From Monocercomonoides exilis PA203 (Eukaryota; Protista; Preaxostyla), in assembly GCA_001643675.2 (NCBI GenBank), contig LSRY02000008.1, positions 1,674,001-1,738,000 of the forward strand: DNA of 64,000 nucleotides, given 5' to 3'. Positions 61,929 to 64,000 of the stretch are shown piece after piece. The notes under the pieces were generated by a model. That model searched no databases. It was given only the letters and a program-made list of their open reading frames with translations, and was not told the origin of the DNA. The translations under genes and the position numbers were made by a program. How positions within the stretch are numbered: position 1 is the first letter of the stretch; each line of letters opens with the position of its first letter.

Positions 61929-64000
61929 GCCAAAAATCCTCCCATCCTTTTCATCTCTTCTGCCCCTTCTTCATCGCTCGGTATTCCTTTTCCATCTTTC
62001 GCTCCTAACCTTGTTCCATTCGCATCCATTCATTTTGAATATTCACGCAAAAGCTCCTGCTATCATTTAAAAAATATTTAATAAAACAAAAATTTAAAAA
62101 TATACAAAAATATAAAATTGTTAAAAAAAAATTCCAATAATAGAAAGCCCGTACCACTACCATCTTCCGCTTCTTCTTCTCAAATTTCTCAAATTTCTTC
62201 TTCTGTCATATCATCAATTCCTTGATCTCATTTTTCGCTTTCGTTAAGATTCATTATATATGTCTTCCAAAACCTTCAAATAAAAATATATCTTCTTCTC
62301 TTTTCCTTTCATTTATATTTGCGCCAGCTCACTCCACCAAACGCCTTCCAATTATTATCTCCAGATTTCTTTATATGCATCCAATATCCCCTCTTTCCAT
62401 ACTCCTTGTTCATTCGTTTTCGTTGAACATTCTAGTTTCATAAAAAATAATATATGAAAAATTATAATTAAAAATATCCAAACCTATATCTTTCACAATG
62501 ACCGCCTTTCGCTGGCTTTTCTTTCTTCTTCTTTTTAAAATATTAACAAAAGCTCAATCTTCTGTTCTGCTTCCTCTCAAATTACCTCCACAAATTCCAT
62601 TCTTTTAAAAAACTGGCAAAAGAAGAAGATTCAAATCTCTTCCATCCCTTCTCTTCTTCTTCTCCATTTCCCCAAAACAACAATAATACCACCACGCCAA
62701 ATATCACAATCCCTGTCTCCTCATCTCCCATGCCCTTCTTCCAACCAAAAAAAAAAAAAAACGTCTCTTTCCATTGCAAAATACTCTCTCATTGTCAGCC
62801 CTTCATCTTCCTCTGTCTCCACACCTCCAATGCAAAGTGTGATCCTTCTTCCTGTCTTTCTCCACCTCTGCCTCCAACACTTGCCCTGCAAATGAGAGGC
62901 GCGGCCAAACGGTTCACAAAATAAATAATATAAATTTGAAGAATATTTTTCTTCACTTTTTTTCTTCAATCCACTTTTCCTTCTTATCAAACATAAGCCC
63001 ACAAAATCTCTTCTCTTTGTTCCGCCTCATATGCCTCCCTCCTCTCTCTCCCTGCATTTGAAAAAAAAATATCCCTTTCCATATCTCTCCATCTCTTATC
63101 CTCCTCTCCAATAAATATATTCCATTCACTCCACCTTTCTTGTTTTCCTTATCCCACCTCCTCAACAACAAATTCCTTTTCTCAAATAATAAACACTGCC
63201 TCAACACCTTCCCAATGATAAAAATCGAAAAAAACCCTCAAAATCCCATCCAAATCCGCACATCCGTTTTGCATCTGAAATCTCAAAAACACACAAAAAC
63301 ATCCTTTTGTCAAAACCCTGTTTCCTCCAAGAACTCAACTCCTTCACCCCATACCATCCTTTTGTTATCGCATTGTCTTCATATGCCCATTCAGCCACGA
63401 CACATCGAGTTGTGCTCCTTTTCTTTGAGACTCTTATTCGTTATGGAAAATGATCAAGCAATATCAAATGCTCAGAAACTGCCAACGGAGTGAGACTCCG
63501 AAGCTAAAACAAAGGCAGATTGACCAAGTGAAATATTTCCAGCGAATGGGTTGAGTATTGCAAAAGAATATTTGTTTAATGGAAGATGAAATTGTTCATA
63601 TTGATTGCTGGATGGCTGTGTAACAACAATATTTTCGATGGAAATGAAGAATTTTTGATGTATGTAATTTTTATTGTTCTATTTGTTGTGAAGATATTTC
63701 CATCCGTATCCTCTCCAAAGTCGTGATTCAGACAAATTATTTAAAATGGACAATTTATTCTTTGCAGAGGAGAACAGCAATGAAGTGAGACAAACATTAT
63801 TTTACAAATATATTACTAGAGCCTGAATATTTTGTCATAAACTGGCAATTATTTTGGACTCAACATGCGCGATGGATAGAAATGCGACGAAAAATGAGTT
63901 TTGATGGAGCAGAAGTCAACGGGATTGGAAGACTTCCAAGGCAAAAATGGAAGAATGCTCAATATCTATGAAAAGGGAGAGTTTTTAAAAAGAGGAAGAG

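Larger units (their letters stand above)
47463..64000. repeat. Palindrome P3: inner arms about 48013..56013 and 56154..63458; diverged outer arms 47463..48012 and 63459..64000 (runs off the window); centre 56014..56153
   Basis: 55812+56355 and 56013+56154 both equal 112167. Genes and the transposon are mirrored. Right arm is shortened by many small deletions. Confidence 0.95.

Noticed and set aside
1-64000. All palindromes as pure fold-back read or assembly artefacts
   Set aside because: Diverged apices, diverged outer strata and arm SNPs are not expected from chimeric reads. Read-level confirmation is still needed.
1-64000. rRNA, tRNA or telomeric repeats
   Set aside because: None were recognisable by eye.

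Overview
AT-rich eukaryotic DNA with GT-AG intron-like segments and a standard genetic code. Gene style suggests a metamonad or oxymonad protist such as Monocercomonoides; this is inference only. The window is built from three consecutive giant inverted duplications (palindromes) centred at about 2140 (P1), 25954 (P2) and 56083 (P3). Each has near-identical inner arms and an AT-rich central 'spacer' that is itself a decayed palindrome; P2 and P3 also have visibly diverged outer arms. The arms carry about 13 whole or partial copies of one Cys/Gly-rich, pectin-lyase-like beta-helix repeat gene family. Most copies are 5'-damaged and/or 3'-truncated, and they are patchwork mosaics of each other. 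Other elements: a TA-flanked foldback-type DNA transposon that interrupts one copy, a TA-flanked pogo/Tc1-like MITE beside the P2 centre, a recurrent TGATT-N8-AATCACCC motif, and possibly two decayed DDE-transposase remnants. The right arm of P3 (about 57.1-63.5 kb) is full of small deletions that are most likely long-read errors. Leading hypothesis: a palindrome-housed library of surface-protein cassettes shuffled by gene conversion.
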